Origin: a virus
Lineage: Duplodnaviria; Caudoviricetes
Reading direction: 5' to 3' (one strand)
Virus record (IMG/VR): IMGVR_UViG_3300028588_000043
Location: 1-41,129 of that record
DNA length: 41,129 nt
The notes beneath the pieces are model-generated. The model had not been told where the DNA came from. It was given only the letters and a program-made list of their open reading frames with translations, and did no database searches. The position numbers and the translations under genes are program-made. This document shows, in pieces, positions 15,846-25,495 of the stretch. Each line of letters begins with the position of its first letter. Positions within the stretch are counted from its first letter, which is position 1.

Positions 15846-17320
15846 TGCCCAATATGCTGGACCGCATCATCGGCTGGGTGAGCCCGCAGCGTGGGATTGA
15901 TCGGCACATCGCGCGTGGACGCTTACATCGCGCATACGAGGCCGCCAGCCCGCGCGACCCGTGGCGCCCCCGGCGCGCCGGCGCAAGCGCGAATGCCGAT
16001 CATCGGGCGGATGCCAGGATGCTGCGCATCAAGGCCCGTGCACTCGTGCAGAACGTCCCATATTGCACGGCAGCCCTGGCCGGTCTTGTTTCGAAGACCA
16101 TCGGTACCGGCATCATCCCGCGCGCCACCGGCGCCGAAAAAGACCAGCTGAATAAGCTCTTCGCCGCGTGGGCAAAGGTCTGCGATGCTGACGGCCGCTA
16201 CGATTACTACGGTATGCAGAAGGCCGCTTACGCTGCGATGGAGCAGGACGGCGAGGCACTGATCCGCCTGCGTCCGCGCCGGCCTAGCGATGGCCTGCCC
16301 GTGCCGCTGCAGCTGCAGCTGCTGGAGATCGACTGGCTTGACAGCGATCGCATGGGTACGAACGGCGGCAACCAGATCATCAACGGCATCGAATACGATG
16401 CGCTCGGTGCCGTGGCTGCCTACTACCTGTGGGACCAGCATCCAGGCGACACCGCATCGATCCGTGGGCGGAAGGCGCAAAGCTCGCGCGTTCCTGCGCA
16501 GAACATCATCCATCTGTACAACCCTGATCGGCCAGGCCAGGGACGCGGCTTCAGCCGCTTTGGTCCAGTGATCACGCGCGTGCGCGACCTCCAGTTGTAC
16601 GAGGATGCCGAGCTGGGACGCAAGAACCTGGAGACCAGGTTGAGCGTGCTCGCCAGCGGCGATGTCAGCCAGATGGAAAATCCCGCATCGCTCGGCGAAG
16701 GCGCCGGACAGCAGCAGGGTGATCTGGGTGAGCTGGCCAGCGGCAGCATCGTCGGCGTGCCGGCCGGGATGAGCTTTACGGTCGTCGAGCCGAAGGCCGC
16801 GCCTGGCTACGTCGAGTATGTGAAATTCGCGCTGCACCTGATCGCCACAGGCCTGGGCGTGCCATACGAAATGCTGACCGGTGACATGAAGGAAGTAAAT
16901 TTCAGCAGCGCGCGTGTGCGCCTGCTCGACTTCCGCGACGCCGTAAAGCAGATGCAATGGCTGACGCTCATCCCCAAGATGCTGACCCCGATTCATGAGG
17001 CTTTCGTCGACGCCGCCTACCTGGCCGGCAAGATCCGCCAGCGGGACATGGCGGTCGACTTCAGCCCGCCGAAGTGGGACTACGTCAATCCGGAACAGGA
17101 CGTGAAAGCCGACCAGGCCGAGATCGGCGCGGGCCTTTCCACAATCAGCGAAAAGCTCCGTCAGCGCGGCTACGACCCGGACGTGGTGTTCGCGGAATGG
17201 AAGTCGGACTTCGACAAGTTGAGTGAACTGGGCATTCTGGAAACCATGCTTTTCATGCAACGCGGCAACCTGCCGACCCAGCCGCCAGGCAGCGACAAGC
17301 CTGGATCAGCCAAAACCTGA
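15845..17320 (+). CDS. Portal protein, lambda family
   Basis: 491 aa with YEAAS, NGIEYD, RPGQGRG, VPYEMLTGD..VNFSSAR and WDYVNP motifs. Confidence 0.95.
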   Translation: MPNMLDRIIGWVSPQRGIDRHIARGRLHRAYEAASPRDPWRPRRAGASANADHRADARMLRIKARALVQNVPYCTAALAGLVSKTIGTGIIPRATGAEKDQLNKLFAAWAKVCDADGRYDYYGMQKAAYAAMEQDGEALIRLRPRRPSDGLPVPLQLQLLEIDWLDSDRMGTNGGNQIINGIEYDALGAVAAYYLWDQHPGDTASIRGRKAQSSRVPAQNIIHLYNPDRPGQGRGFSRFGPVITRVRDLQLYEDAELGRKNLETRLSVLASGDVSQMENPASLGEGAGQQQGDLGELASGSIVGVPAGMSFTVVEPKAAPGYVEYVKFALHLIATGLGVPYEMLTGDMKEVNFSSARVRLLDFRDAVKQMQWLTLIPKMLTPIHEAFVDAAYLAGKIRQRDMAVDFSPPKWDYVNPEQDVKADQAEIGAGLSTISEKLRQRGYDPDVVFAEWKSDFDKLSELGILETMLFMQRGNLPTQPPGSDKPGSAKT

Positions 17321-17334
17321 CCTCGGAGGCCGAC

Positions 17335-17637
17335 ATGATCTACCTGGACATGAAGCCGCAGACATCGGTCATCCGCGCCTACGACCAGCCGGGCGGCTAC
17401 GAGGCGCGCGCCCCGTACCTGGCCGCTGTCACGGTGACGCACCTGAACGATACCACCGGCTACCTGCAGGCGGCGGCCGGCACGGTCGACCGCGAGACGT
17501 GGGAGGCGACTCTCGACCTGCTGCACTCCAAGGGTTTCGCCAAGCTGATCATGGAGCGGCACGGGGAAATGAAAACCATCGATCTGGCGGGGCGAGCAGC
17601 TGGCCAATCGAAAACTGATACTACGAGGACTACATGA
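17335..17637 (+). CDS. Hypothetical protein (head-region insert gene 1)
   Basis: 100 aa with a GGAGG RBS and ATGA coupling to the next gene. Confidence 0.75.
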   Translation: MIYLDMKPQTSVIRAYDQPGGYEARAPYLAAVTVTHLNDTTGYLQAAAGTVDRETWEATLDLLHSKGFAKLIMERHGEMKTIDLAGRAAGQSKTDTTRTT

Positions 17638-18113
17638 GTGCAGAGAGCGACAATTTCGAAAACAAACACATCGACTGGCTGTTCCGCGGCCAGGCGCTGG
17701 GCCTGAACGGCGCGAGCGCTGGCGCCGGCAGCGGCCCGACCAACCTGTACATCAGCTTGAAGCTGGCCGCCGACTCGGACAGCGCGCAGGGCGCGGAAGT
17801 CTCGGGCGCCGGCTACGCGCGCGTGCAGGTCGCATCGTCCCTGGCCAACTGGGCCGGTACGCAGGGCGCCGGCACCACCACCGCATCGAGCGGCACCAGC
17901 GGCGCCACGTCGAACAACAACGTGCTGCAGTTCCCGGGCGGATCCGCGCTGAGCGCCGCGTGGGGCCAGGTCGTCGGCTTTGGCATCCATGATTCGCTGA
18001 CCGGTGGCGTCGAGCTATTCTACGCCCCGCTCGGCACGCCGAAGACGATCAACCAGGGCGACCCGGCGCCGTCGTTCGCCGCTGGCGCGCTGACCGTCCA
18101 GATCGACAACTGA
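17634..18113 (+). CDS. Beta-rich putative virion fibre/decoration protein (insert gene 2)
   Basis: 159 aa, Gly/Ala/Ser/Thr-rich. LYISL...EVSGAGYARV...WGQVVGFGIHD...F.AGALTVQID pattern recalled from small phage structural proteins. Confidence 0.7.
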   Translation: MSAESDNFENKHIDWLFRGQALGLNGASAGAGSGPTNLYISLKLAADSDSAQGAEVSGAGYARVQVASSLANWAGTQGAGTTTASSGTSGATSNNNVLQFPGGSALSAAWGQVVGFGIHDSLTGGVELFYAPLGTPKTINQGDPAPSFAAGALTVQIDN

Positions 18114-18115
18114 TC

Positions 18116-18655
18116 ATGAGCCCGAACGAGCAAACCGCCCTGGAGGACGTAGCCGGGCGTGCGCTGCTGGTCGATGAGATGGCCGTGCTCGGCCCGCTGG
18201 TAGAGGTGCGCAACGACGTCGCGATCGCCACGCTGCTGTCGGTCGGGCGCACGCGCCTGGTGTCGCGCACGATCACTGCGCGCGGCGTGCGCGGGGCGCT
18301 GTCCATTCCGGATGCAATGCGCTTCCTGAACCTGTTGCGCGACACCGCCGAGTCGGCCGGCGTGCCGGACTGGCTCATCAACGTCCTGGCGACGACAACC
18401 GAAGTCGCCGTCGCCGACTACCCAGCCTACCGCGACACGTTCGCATGTGCCCACGACTGGCTGCAGCAGGCGGCCGGCCTGGACCTGGGCGACCCGACGA
18501 CACGCGCGGGCCTGGACCTGATCGCCGCGAGCGATCAGGAAAAGTTCGGCGCCACCGTGGCCACCCTCAAGGCGCTGGCCGAGCATCCCGACCCGATCCC
18601 GTTTGATCGGGTGTCGGCCGCCCTGAATAAAGCGCAAGGATTGATGACGTTATGA
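18116..18655 (+). CDS. Hypothetical protein (insert gene 3)
   Basis: 179 aa, probably helical, translationally coupled. Confidence 0.75.
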   Translation: MSPNEQTALEDVAGRALLVDEMAVLGPLVEVRNDVAIATLLSVGRTRLVSRTITARGVRGALSIPDAMRFLNLLRDTAESAGVPDWLINVLATTTEVAVADYPAYRDTFACAHDWLQQAAGLDLGDPTTRAGLDLIAASDQEKFGATVATLKALAEHPDPIPFDRVSAALNKAQGLMTL

Positions 18656-19101
18656 GCGGCGAAACTATCGAGGTTTGGGGCACGCAGAAGTCCCTTGAGA
18701 CGAACGGCTCGGCGATCCCGAATGGGTCGTTGCTGGCTGCTTCGGCCGGCACCTACGACAAGATGTCCACCGACGGGAACGGCTTTCCGGACGCGCAGTT
18801 CGTCCTGAGCTGCCAATTCGGCACGGCCCCCGCGGAGGGATCGGTGATTTCGCTCGTGGCGCAGCCGCTGGCCCTGGACGGGGCAAGTGCCAATGCTCAA
18901 ACACCGGAGCCGTCGCGCCTGACCCGGTTCATCGGAAATTTCATCGTCAACGACGTCACCAGCATGCAGCACATGGAATTGATGGCGACCGACCTGCCGC
19001 CGAAAGCGCTGTACTACCTGTACAACGCGAACACGGGCCAGAGCATCAGCGCCGGATGGGTATTGCGCATCAAGCCGCGCACCTATAAAGCGGCGCCGTA
19101 A
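18652..19101 (+). CDS. Hypothetical beta-rich protein (insert gene 4)
   Basis: 149 aa with an ATGA overlap. Confidence 0.75.
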   Translation: MSGETIEVWGTQKSLETNGSAIPNGSLLAASAGTYDKMSTDGNGFPDAQFVLSCQFGTAPAEGSVISLVAQPLALDGASANAQTPEPSRLTRFIGNFIVNDVTSMQHMELMATDLPPKALYYLYNANTGQSISAGWVLRIKPRTYKAAP

Positions 19102-19103
19102 AG

Positions 19104-20885
19104 ATGGGCACCCAGTACGTCAGGCGCCCCCTCGCGTTACCGACCGGGGAGAAGTGCCGACTGACCGCGCTGGGTAAAGGCATCGTTGCCCTGCTTGTCG
19201 CTGGCAACCGCACGAACCTGGCAACGGGAAGGCCCCTGAGCGTCATCGCCGACGCGGGCTGGCAATATTCGACGCCCAGTCCGCAAGGCATGGCGTTTCC
19301 GTTCAGGAGGAACGCCAGCGTCAGCACCGAGGCCCTGCCAGCGATCGGCGCCGCATCGTTCGTCACATTCTGGGCGGGCTATCCGGGGCCGGCGGGTGTG
19401 CGAGGGCAAACTCCGAATCAGCTCACCATGCTGGTAGGTTCGAACGATGCCAGCAATGCCATTTTTTCCAGTAAGGCCACGACTGATCGAGGATCGTCGA
19501 GTTCGCGCATTGATACATGGGGCGCCGTGGCCGGCTGGCCGGACGATATTCCGGTAACAGATGATGTGCTGACGCCGTGGAAGTTCACCGCGCTGTGCAC
19601 CGTGTGGCGCAAGAGCACGATTGACTTTTATCGCGATGGCAAGCGGGTGTACAGCTATCCGCGCAATGCCGCAACTTCGATCGGGTCAAATTCGCTGGTC
19701 ATCGGCTCGTTCGTCACTGACCCGTATTGGAACTCTAGCAGCGACACCACCATGGCCGGCCGGATAATGGGCGAGTGGACCGACGACCAGGCGTGCGCGT
19801 GGACGTCCAACCATCTGCGGCTGTTCGCGGCTGATCGCCTGCCCGTATTCTCGGCCACCGCCAGTGCCGCCCCGATCCAGCTGACCGGCGGCGCCAACCT
19901 GGGCGCGGCCGTATACGGCACGCTGTCCACCTTAATTCCGCTTACTGGCGCCGCCAGCGCGCGCACGGCCGCCGCCGGCACGTTGTCCACAGCCATTCCG
20001 CTGTCGGGCGTGGCCGCCGCGCGCGCGTCGGTTACTGGCGCTCTGTCTACCTCGGTCACACTGGCCGGTGCCGCCCAGGTGCGCGCCGATGCTGCTGGCG
20101 AGCTGTCTACCGCCATTGCGCTGCAGGGCGATGCAGTGACCAGGACCGGTGCAATCGGCGCGCTGTCGAGCGCGATCGCGCTGGCTGGTTCCGCAGCGGT
20201 ACGTTCGGTGGTCGCTGGCGACTTGGCCGGCGGGCCGGCGACGCTGAGCGGGACGATCACGGTCAGGGCCGGCGCGGCAGGTTCGTTGTCGACCTCGATC
20301 ACGCTGATCGCCGCAGCCGTGGCGCGTGCGTACGCCACCGGGGCGCTGTCCAGCAGGATCAGCCTGGGCGGCTCGGCTTCTATGGTCACTGCCATGTCCG
20401 GCGTACTGACGGCGGGCCGGGCCCCTTCCAGGATCGATATATCAAAAGTTTCGCCGGCGCGCATCGTTCGCTTCGACGGCAGCGGTAGCCGCATCGTGGC
20501 GTTCGAAGGCAGCGGCAAAAGAACAAGGATCAATGAGATGAGCGCAAAGGGGCCGACCAAGGTTGGCGACAAATGGATGTGCGACCGCGATCCGGACGAG
20601 GAGAGCTATTACTTCGCCGATATCACGGACGAACTGGTGGACCGCTTCACGAGCGTGAAGGACAGTGCTGACGCCATCGAGATCATCGTGCACGGTGTTG
20701 AGCAGGTCGGCACGCACGATCTCCAGGTCGCCGAGGTCGGTGGCGTTGAGCGAACCTTCGTGGTCGTGTTCCTGGTCGGTATCGACGCCGATCCGCCGGA
20801 CGACTGGCACTGGCTGGCACGCGTGCGCTGCGCAAACGGTGAGCGCTTTGATAAAACGACCTGGTTCAAGAGGATGGATACCTGA
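19104..20885 (+). CDS. Modular fibre-like protein: lectin (LamG/ConA)-like N-terminus, 20-aa repeat stalk, acidic C-terminal domain (insert gene 5)
   Basis: 593 aa. WKFTALCTVW...IDFYRDGK...LVIG is LamG-like. GxLSTxIxLxG repeats in the middle. C-terminal RDPDEESYYFAD domain. Confidence 0.7.
   Translation: MGTQYVRRPLALPTGEKCRLTALGKGIVALLVAGNRTNLATGRPLSVIADAGWQYSTPSPQGMAFPFRRNASVSTEALPAIGAASFVTFWAGYPGPAGVRGQTPNQLTMLVGSNDASNAIFSSKATTDRGSSSSRIDTWGAVAGWPDDIPVTDDVLTPWKFTALCTVWRKSTIDFYRDGKRVYSYPRNAATSIGSNSLVIGSFVTDPYWNSSSDTTMAGRIMGEWTDDQACAWTSNHLRLFAADRLPVFSATASAAPIQLTGGANLGAAVYGTLSTLIPLTGAASARTAAAGTLSTAIPLSGVAAARASVTGALSTSVTLAGAAQVRADAAGELSTAIALQGDAVTRTGAIGALSSAIALAGSAAVRSVVAGDLAGGPATLSGTITVRAGAAGSLSTSITLIAAAVARAYATGALSSRISLGGSASMVTAMSGVLTAGRAPSRIDISKVSPARIVRFDGSGSRIVAFEGSGKRTRINEMSAKGPTKVGDKWMCDRDPDEESYYFADITDELVDRFTSVKDSADAIEIIVHGVEQVGTHDLQVAEVGGVERTFVVVFLVGIDADPPDDWHWLARVRCANGERFDKTTWFKRMDT
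19880..20410 (+). repeat. Degenerate 60-bp (20-aa) tandem coding repeat, about 9 units
   Basis: GTLSTLIPLTG / GTLSTAIPLSG / GALSTSVTLAG / GELSTAIALQG / GALSSAIALAG and so on, at a 60-bp period. Confidence 0.85.
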
Positions 20886-21067
20886 TGATCAATGTTGCAG
20901 ACCGCCTGAAACCCGTTGATCGCAGTTCGGAACGCGCAACCGGTGATGGCCGCGCGCCAGATTCGGCACAAGCGAAAGCCGATGCCGGCGCGCCCGTGCG
21001 GGGCTATCCGGCCAAGAACCTAGTGCTGGAAAACGGCCAGTATCGCGTGGCTGACCACGACAAATAA
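20885..21067 (+). CDS. Hypothetical protein (insert gene 6)
   Basis: 60 aa with a TGATG overlap, ending just before late promoter copy 2. Confidence 0.6.
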   Translation: MINVADRLKPVDRSSERATGDGRAPDSAQAKADAGAPVRGYPAKNLVLENGQYRVADHDK

Positions 21068-21079
21068 CGCGCTCGAAAA

Positions 21080-21123
21080 CTGTTCCATTTTTCCGAGAAT
21101 TGGTACTGGGAAATCCGCATCAT
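21080..21123 (+). promoter_or_regulatory. Late promoter motif, copy 2
   Basis: CTGTTCCATTTTTCCGAGAATTGGTACTG 21080-21108, then CATCAT at 21118-21123. Confidence 0.75.
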
Positions 21124-21129
21124 GCGGGC

Positions 21130-23217
21130 ATGCCTACCCCAAACACCCAGCAGACCGCGCCACGATCCGCTACCGATCCGCGAGACATGCCGCCGCTCAG
21201 CCGCGCGGCAACGCTGGTGCCGTCCACCTACAACGAGGCCGATAACACCATCGACGTCGTCTGGACCACTGGCGCAATGGGTCGCCGCTACGACTGGTAT
21301 AACGACACGCCGTATGACGAGGAACTGCTCGTAACGCCCGAAGCGGTCGACATGTCGCGTTTCGACGCTGGCGTCGTCCAGGTGATCGACAACCACGACA
21401 TCCAGGGCGGCATCAAGTCGATCATCGGTGTCGCCATTCGCGGCAACATCGCGAACGGCGAGGGCACCGCGACGCTGCGCCTGTCGACCAGGCCAGAGCT
21501 GGCCGGGGTCGTCGCAGACATCAGAGCGGGCATCATTCGCTCTATCAGCTTTACCTATCGTGTCAGCAGATACGAAATCACCCGCGCGATCGATCGAACC
21601 GACGGCGTCAATGTGCCGCTGTACCGGGCTGTGGCGTGGGAGCCCTACGAAATCAGTTTCGTGACCGTTCCGTTCGATGCTGGCGCGAGCACCCGCAGCG
21701 CTCCCCAGAACGGCCACCCCTGCGAATTTATCACCCGGGCGCCCGCCCAATCCCCAACCCAACAGGAACCCACTATGCCGATGCCAGGTACCCAGACGGG
21801 CGCACCGAACGATGCGCCTACCGATGCAAGCCGCGCTGCCGCGCCGGCCGTCCAAACTCCGGCTGCCGCGCCAGCGGCCCATCCGGCGTCCGGTGACGAT
21901 GCCGTCGCACGTGCCGCCCAGGAAGCCGCCAGCCGCGCCGCTGAAATCACCGAGATGTGCTCTCGTCACAATGTCGGCCATCTGGCCGCCGGCCTGATCC
22001 GTGGTGGCAATTCGGTCGACCAGGCGCGCGCTGCCGTGCTGGACGAGATGCATCGCAGCGATACCGCCACCGGCGGCCACCGCAACGTGCGCATCCAGAC
22101 TGTCAGCGACGAGACGGAACGCCGCCGCAACGCGATCGGCGATGCCATCGTGCTGCGCGCGAATCCCAGCGCGTCTTTCCGCAGCGATGCCGAGCGCGTG
22201 GGCGCTGCCCGCCAGTACCGCGGCATGAACCTGATGGACATGGCGCGCGAATCGATCGAGTCGGCCGGCGGCAACGCGCGCGGCATGTCGCGTCGCGAGA
22301 TCGCGGTGATGGCAATGAACTTGGACCGCGATATGCAGGGCCGCTCCGGCATGATGTCGACCAGCGATTTCCCGCAAATCCTCGCCGGGACAGTCAACCG
22401 CACGCTGCGCGCCGCTTACGAGATCCAAGCGCGCACCTTCACCGGCTGGGCACGCGAGTCGACGGCGCCGGACTTTCGCGAAGTGGCGCGCACTCAGCTG
22501 TCCGAATCGGCTGCATTCAAGCAGATTAACCCGGGCGGCGAATACAAGCAGATCACGTTCGGCGAGTCGGCTGAGAAATACTCGCTGGGTAAGTGGGGCG
22601 GCATCGTCGCGTTGACCTGGGAAACGATCGTCAACGATGACCTGGGTGCATTCGACCGCATCCCGCTGGCCCTGGCTGCAGAAGCTGCTGCGATCGAAGG
22701 TGACATCGTCTACGGCATCTTGACCGGCGCCGGCCTCATGGCGGATGGGACCGCCCTGTTCGATGCCGCGCACAGCAACGTAGCGGCTGCAGCCGGGGGT
22801 ATCACTGACCTGACGCTCAGTGACGGGCGCGCCGCAATGCGCAAGCAGGTAGGCCTGAAGGGCCGCGTGCTGAACCTGACCCCGTCCTTCCTGATCGTGG
22901 GCCCGGACAACGAGAACGCCGCGAATAAGTACACCTCGGCGTCGTTCGTGGCCGCCAAGGCCAGCGACATCAACCCGAACTTCAACACCAGCCTGGAAGT
23001 GGTAGTCGATCCGCGCATTCAGGGCAAAGTCTGGCACCTCGCCGCAACGCCGGCGCTGGTCGACACGATCGAATACGCCTACCTGGAAGGCGAGCAAGGC
23101 CTGTTCACCGAGACCCGCCAGGGATTCGAGGTCGACGGTCTGCAGATCAAGGCCCGTCACGTGTTCGGCGCCAAGGCAATTGACTGGCGCGGCATGTACA
23201 AGAACGCGGGGGCGTAA
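21130..23217 (+). CDS. Prohead protease / major capsid protein fusion
   Basis: N-terminal HK97-type protease (DNHD, SISFTY, WEPYEISFVTVPFD), an Ala/Pro linker, then a capsid domain (STSDFP, IVNDDLGAF, IEYAYLEG, DWRGMYKN). Likely ATG 21130, 695 aa. Confidence 0.93.
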   Translation: MPTPNTQQTAPRSATDPRDMPPLSRAATLVPSTYNEADNTIDVVWTTGAMGRRYDWYNDTPYDEELLVTPEAVDMSRFDAGVVQVIDNHDIQGGIKSIIGVAIRGNIANGEGTATLRLSTRPELAGVVADIRAGIIRSISFTYRVSRYEITRAIDRTDGVNVPLYRAVAWEPYEISFVTVPFDAGASTRSAPQNGHPCEFITRAPAQSPTQQEPTMPMPGTQTGAPNDAPTDASRAAAPAVQTPAAAPAAHPASGDDAVARAAQEAASRAAEITEMCSRHNVGHLAAGLIRGGNSVDQARAAVLDEMHRSDTATGGHRNVRIQTVSDETERRRNAIGDAIVLRANPSASFRSDAERVGAARQYRGMNLMDMARESIESAGGNARGMSRREIAVMAMNLDRDMQGRSGMMSTSDFPQILAGTVNRTLRAAYEIQARTFTGWARESTAPDFREVARTQLSESAAFKQINPGGEYKQITFGESAEKYSLGKWGGIVALTWETIVNDDLGAFDRIPLALAAEAAAIEGDIVYGILTGAGLMADGTALFDAAHSNVAAAAGGITDLTLSDGRAAMRKQVGLKGRVLNLTPSFLIVGPDNENAANKYTSASFVAAKASDINPNFNTSLEVVVDPRIQGKVWHLAATPALVDTIEYAYLEGEQGLFTETRQGFEVDGLQIKARHVFGAKAIDWRGMYKNAGA

Positions 23218-23260
23218 GCCTCGGCCTGGATCGATCGCTCATTTACAAAGAAAGAGACCT

Positions 23261-23593
23261 ATGAAGAATTTCATCCAGCCCGGCGCCATCATCACGGTGA
23301 TCGCACCGTATGCAGTGAGCAGCGGCCAGGGCGTCAAAGTCGGCGCGCTGTTCGGCATCGCGTCCGCCAACGCAGCTCAGGGCGCACAACTCGAAATCAA
23401 GCGCGAAGGCGTTTTCGATATCGCCGCCGTGACCGCCGACACTGCCGCCCAGGGGGCAAAAGTGTACTGGGACGACACCGCGCGCAAGATCACCACGACC
23501 GCCACCAGCAACATCCTGGTCGGCGCGCTCACGGCCGACAAGAGCGGCAGCGCCGGTACGGCGAGCGTACTGCTCGACGGCGTCGTTCGCTAA
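23261..23593 (+). CDS. DUF2190-family capsid cement/decoration protein
   Basis: MKNFIQPG...GVF...GAKVYWD, directly after the capsid gene. 110 aa. Confidence 0.85.
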   Translation: MKNFIQPGAIITVIAPYAVSSGQGVKVGALFGIASANAAQGAQLEIKREGVFDIAAVTADTAAQGAKVYWDDTARKITTTATSNILVGALTADKSGSAGTASVLLDGVVR

Positions 23594-23603
23594 GGATCCC
23601 GAC

Positions 23604-23903
23604 GTGCTGCTTTTCGCCGACCTCGAGGCTCACGCCAACGCCGCCGTCCTGAACCAGCTCAGCAATGTGCAGGTGATTATCGGTGGCGCCATGGTGACCG
23701 GCATTTTCGGCAGGCCGTCTGCCGAAGTGAACTTCGGCTCGGGCGCCGCGGACACCAGTCCGACTGTCACGGTCGCTTCGAGCGCCGTGATGGATGCCCC
23801 TGTCGGCAACCTGGTCGTGGTCGCCGGCGTGCCCTACGAGATCACGGCAGACGCGCCCGACGGCACCGGTCTGACCAAACTGTCCCTGACGAGAACGCAA
23901 TGA
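23604..23903 (+). CDS. Head-tail joining protein (FII-like)
   Basis: 99 aa ending PDGTGLTKLSL; synteny. Confidence 0.75.
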   Translation: MLLFADLEAHANAAVLNQLSNVQVIIGGAMVTGIFGRPSAEVNFGSGAADTSPTVTVASSAVMDAPVGNLVVVAGVPYEITADAPDGTGLTKLSLTRTQ

Positions 23904-24334
23904 TGCCCACAGCATTTGCCCAAATCGTCAGCGCGATCATCGACGCGCTCAAGGCGGCGCCGGCGGTTTGCCCTCTGATCGATCGCGCGCGGTCTACTCA
24001 GATTCCCGAGCAAGCGGACAAGGCCGTCAGCGTCCAGTGGGATTCCGCGCAGCCCGAGGCAGGCACGATCTCCGGTGCTCCGATGGACTGGCAGACCCGT
24101 ATCACCGTCGAGGTCTTCGCCAGCAGCGTGAAGGAATCCGGCGACCTGGTTGTCGATCCGCTACTTAGCGCTGTTGCGCAGCGCCTGGGGCAGAACACCA
24201 CCCTGGACGGCCTGGTCGCCGATCTGCGCATTGCCGGGCTCGAAGCTGAAAACGACTCTAAGGGCAAAAAAACCGGGTGGGTTCGCCTCACCTACATTGC
24301 GGACCACCGCACATCCAACGGGATCCTGAACTGA
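23900..24334 (+). CDS. Tail terminator-like protein
   Basis: 144 aa, positioned before the tail tube gene. Confidence 0.65.
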   Translation: MMPTAFAQIVSAIIDALKAAPAVCPLIDRARSTQIPEQADKAVSVQWDSAQPEAGTISGAPMDWQTRITVEVFASSVKESGDLVVDPLLSAVAQRLGQNTTLDGLVADLRIAGLEAENDSKGKKTGWVRLTYIADHRTSNGILN

Positions 24335-24335
24335 T

Positions 24336-24503
24336 ATGACGAACGAGAACAACAGCGCCCAGGTGCGCGAGATTCCGGTACCGCCCGGCGGCGGCTCCTG
24401 GACCTTCAATGAAGCCGAATGGAAATGGGTTTCGAACGACCCGGTGCCGGTCAATGAACCGGTCGCCCAGGAACCTGCAGCACAACCCGCCGACGAGGAG
24501 TAA
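24336..24503 (+). CDS. 55-aa acidic small protein (not in the ORF track)
   Basis: MTNENNSAQVREIPVPPGGGSWTFNEAEWKWVSNDPVPVNEPVAQEPAAQPADEE fills the gap exactly. Confidence 0.7.
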   Translation: MTNENNSAQVREIPVPPGGGSWTFNEAEWKWVSNDPVPVNEPVAQEPAAQPADEE

Positions 24504-24505
24504 CC

Positions 24506-25465
24506 ATGCCACGCTATACCAGGAACACGCTGATCACCGCAAAGCTCGAAACTGTGGCGGGCCAGGATGCCTTGCCGACCGGCGCGGCGAATGCAATCCT
24601 CGTTTCGGACCAGACTATCACCCCGCTGGACGCCCAGAACATCGACCGTGGGATCGTGCGCGGCTTCTTCGGCGCCAGTGAGCAGCTGATCGGCCCGGCC
24701 AGCGTCAAGGTCAGTTTCACCGTCGAGCTGGCTGGTTCCGGTACCGCCGGCACCGCGCCGGCCTACGGCCCGCTGCTGCAGGCATGCGCGATGGCGGAAG
24801 GCATTCTGGCCAGCCCGGCGCGCGTCGAGTACACCCCGGTCTCCACCAGCATCAAAACGGCGACGATCTACTACTACGACGACGGCGTGCTGCACAAGCT
24901 GCTGGGCGCGATGGGCACCTTCACGATCTCGGCCAAGGTTGGCGAAAAGCCGGTCATGAAGTTCGAATTTACCGGTCTGGATGGCGGCATTGCCGTCGCC
25001 AACGACACCGGCACGTTCACGGCGTTCAAGAAGCCGGTGGCGATGACCAAGGCCAACGTGATCGACATCGCCCTCGGCGGCACCTACACCGCTGGCGCGC
25101 TCGCCAGCGGCATTCAGTATTCGAGCACGGGCCTGGAAATCAACATTGGCAACGCCGTCAGCTTTACCCCGATGCTGAGCAGCGAGACGGTGGACATTAC
25201 CGATCGCGAAACGACCGGCTCCACCGAACTGGACCTGACCGCCGCGCAGGAAGTTGCCCTGATGGCCTCGGTCAAGGCCAACACCACCCAGAGCCTGGGC
25301 ATGACGATCGGCACCGTCGCCGGCAACAAGGTCAGCTTGTTCGGGCCGGCCGTGCAGCAGATGGCGCCGAAGAAGAACGACAAGAACGGCAAGCGCCTGA
25401 TCGGCTACGACCTGCGCTTCATGCCGGTCAACGGCAACGATGAATTGCGTATCGTCGTCCAGTAA
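24506..25465 (+). CDS. Major tail tube protein
   Basis: 319 aa, GAGGAG RBS, ELAGSGTAGTAPAYGPLLQAC motif, precedes the chaperone and tape measure genes. Confidence 0.85.
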   Translation: MPRYTRNTLITAKLETVAGQDALPTGAANAILVSDQTITPLDAQNIDRGIVRGFFGASEQLIGPASVKVSFTVELAGSGTAGTAPAYGPLLQACAMAEGILASPARVEYTPVSTSIKTATIYYYDDGVLHKLLGAMGTFTISAKVGEKPVMKFEFTGLDGGIAVANDTGTFTAFKKPVAMTKANVIDIALGGTYTAGALASGIQYSSTGLEINIGNAVSFTPMLSSETVDITDRETTGSTELDLTAAQEVALMASVKANTTQSLGMTIGTVAGNKVSLFGPAVQQMAPKKNDKNGKRLIGYDLRFMPVNGNDELRIVVQ

Positions 25466-25495
25466 CCAATTTCCCATCTAATACGAAAGACCACC

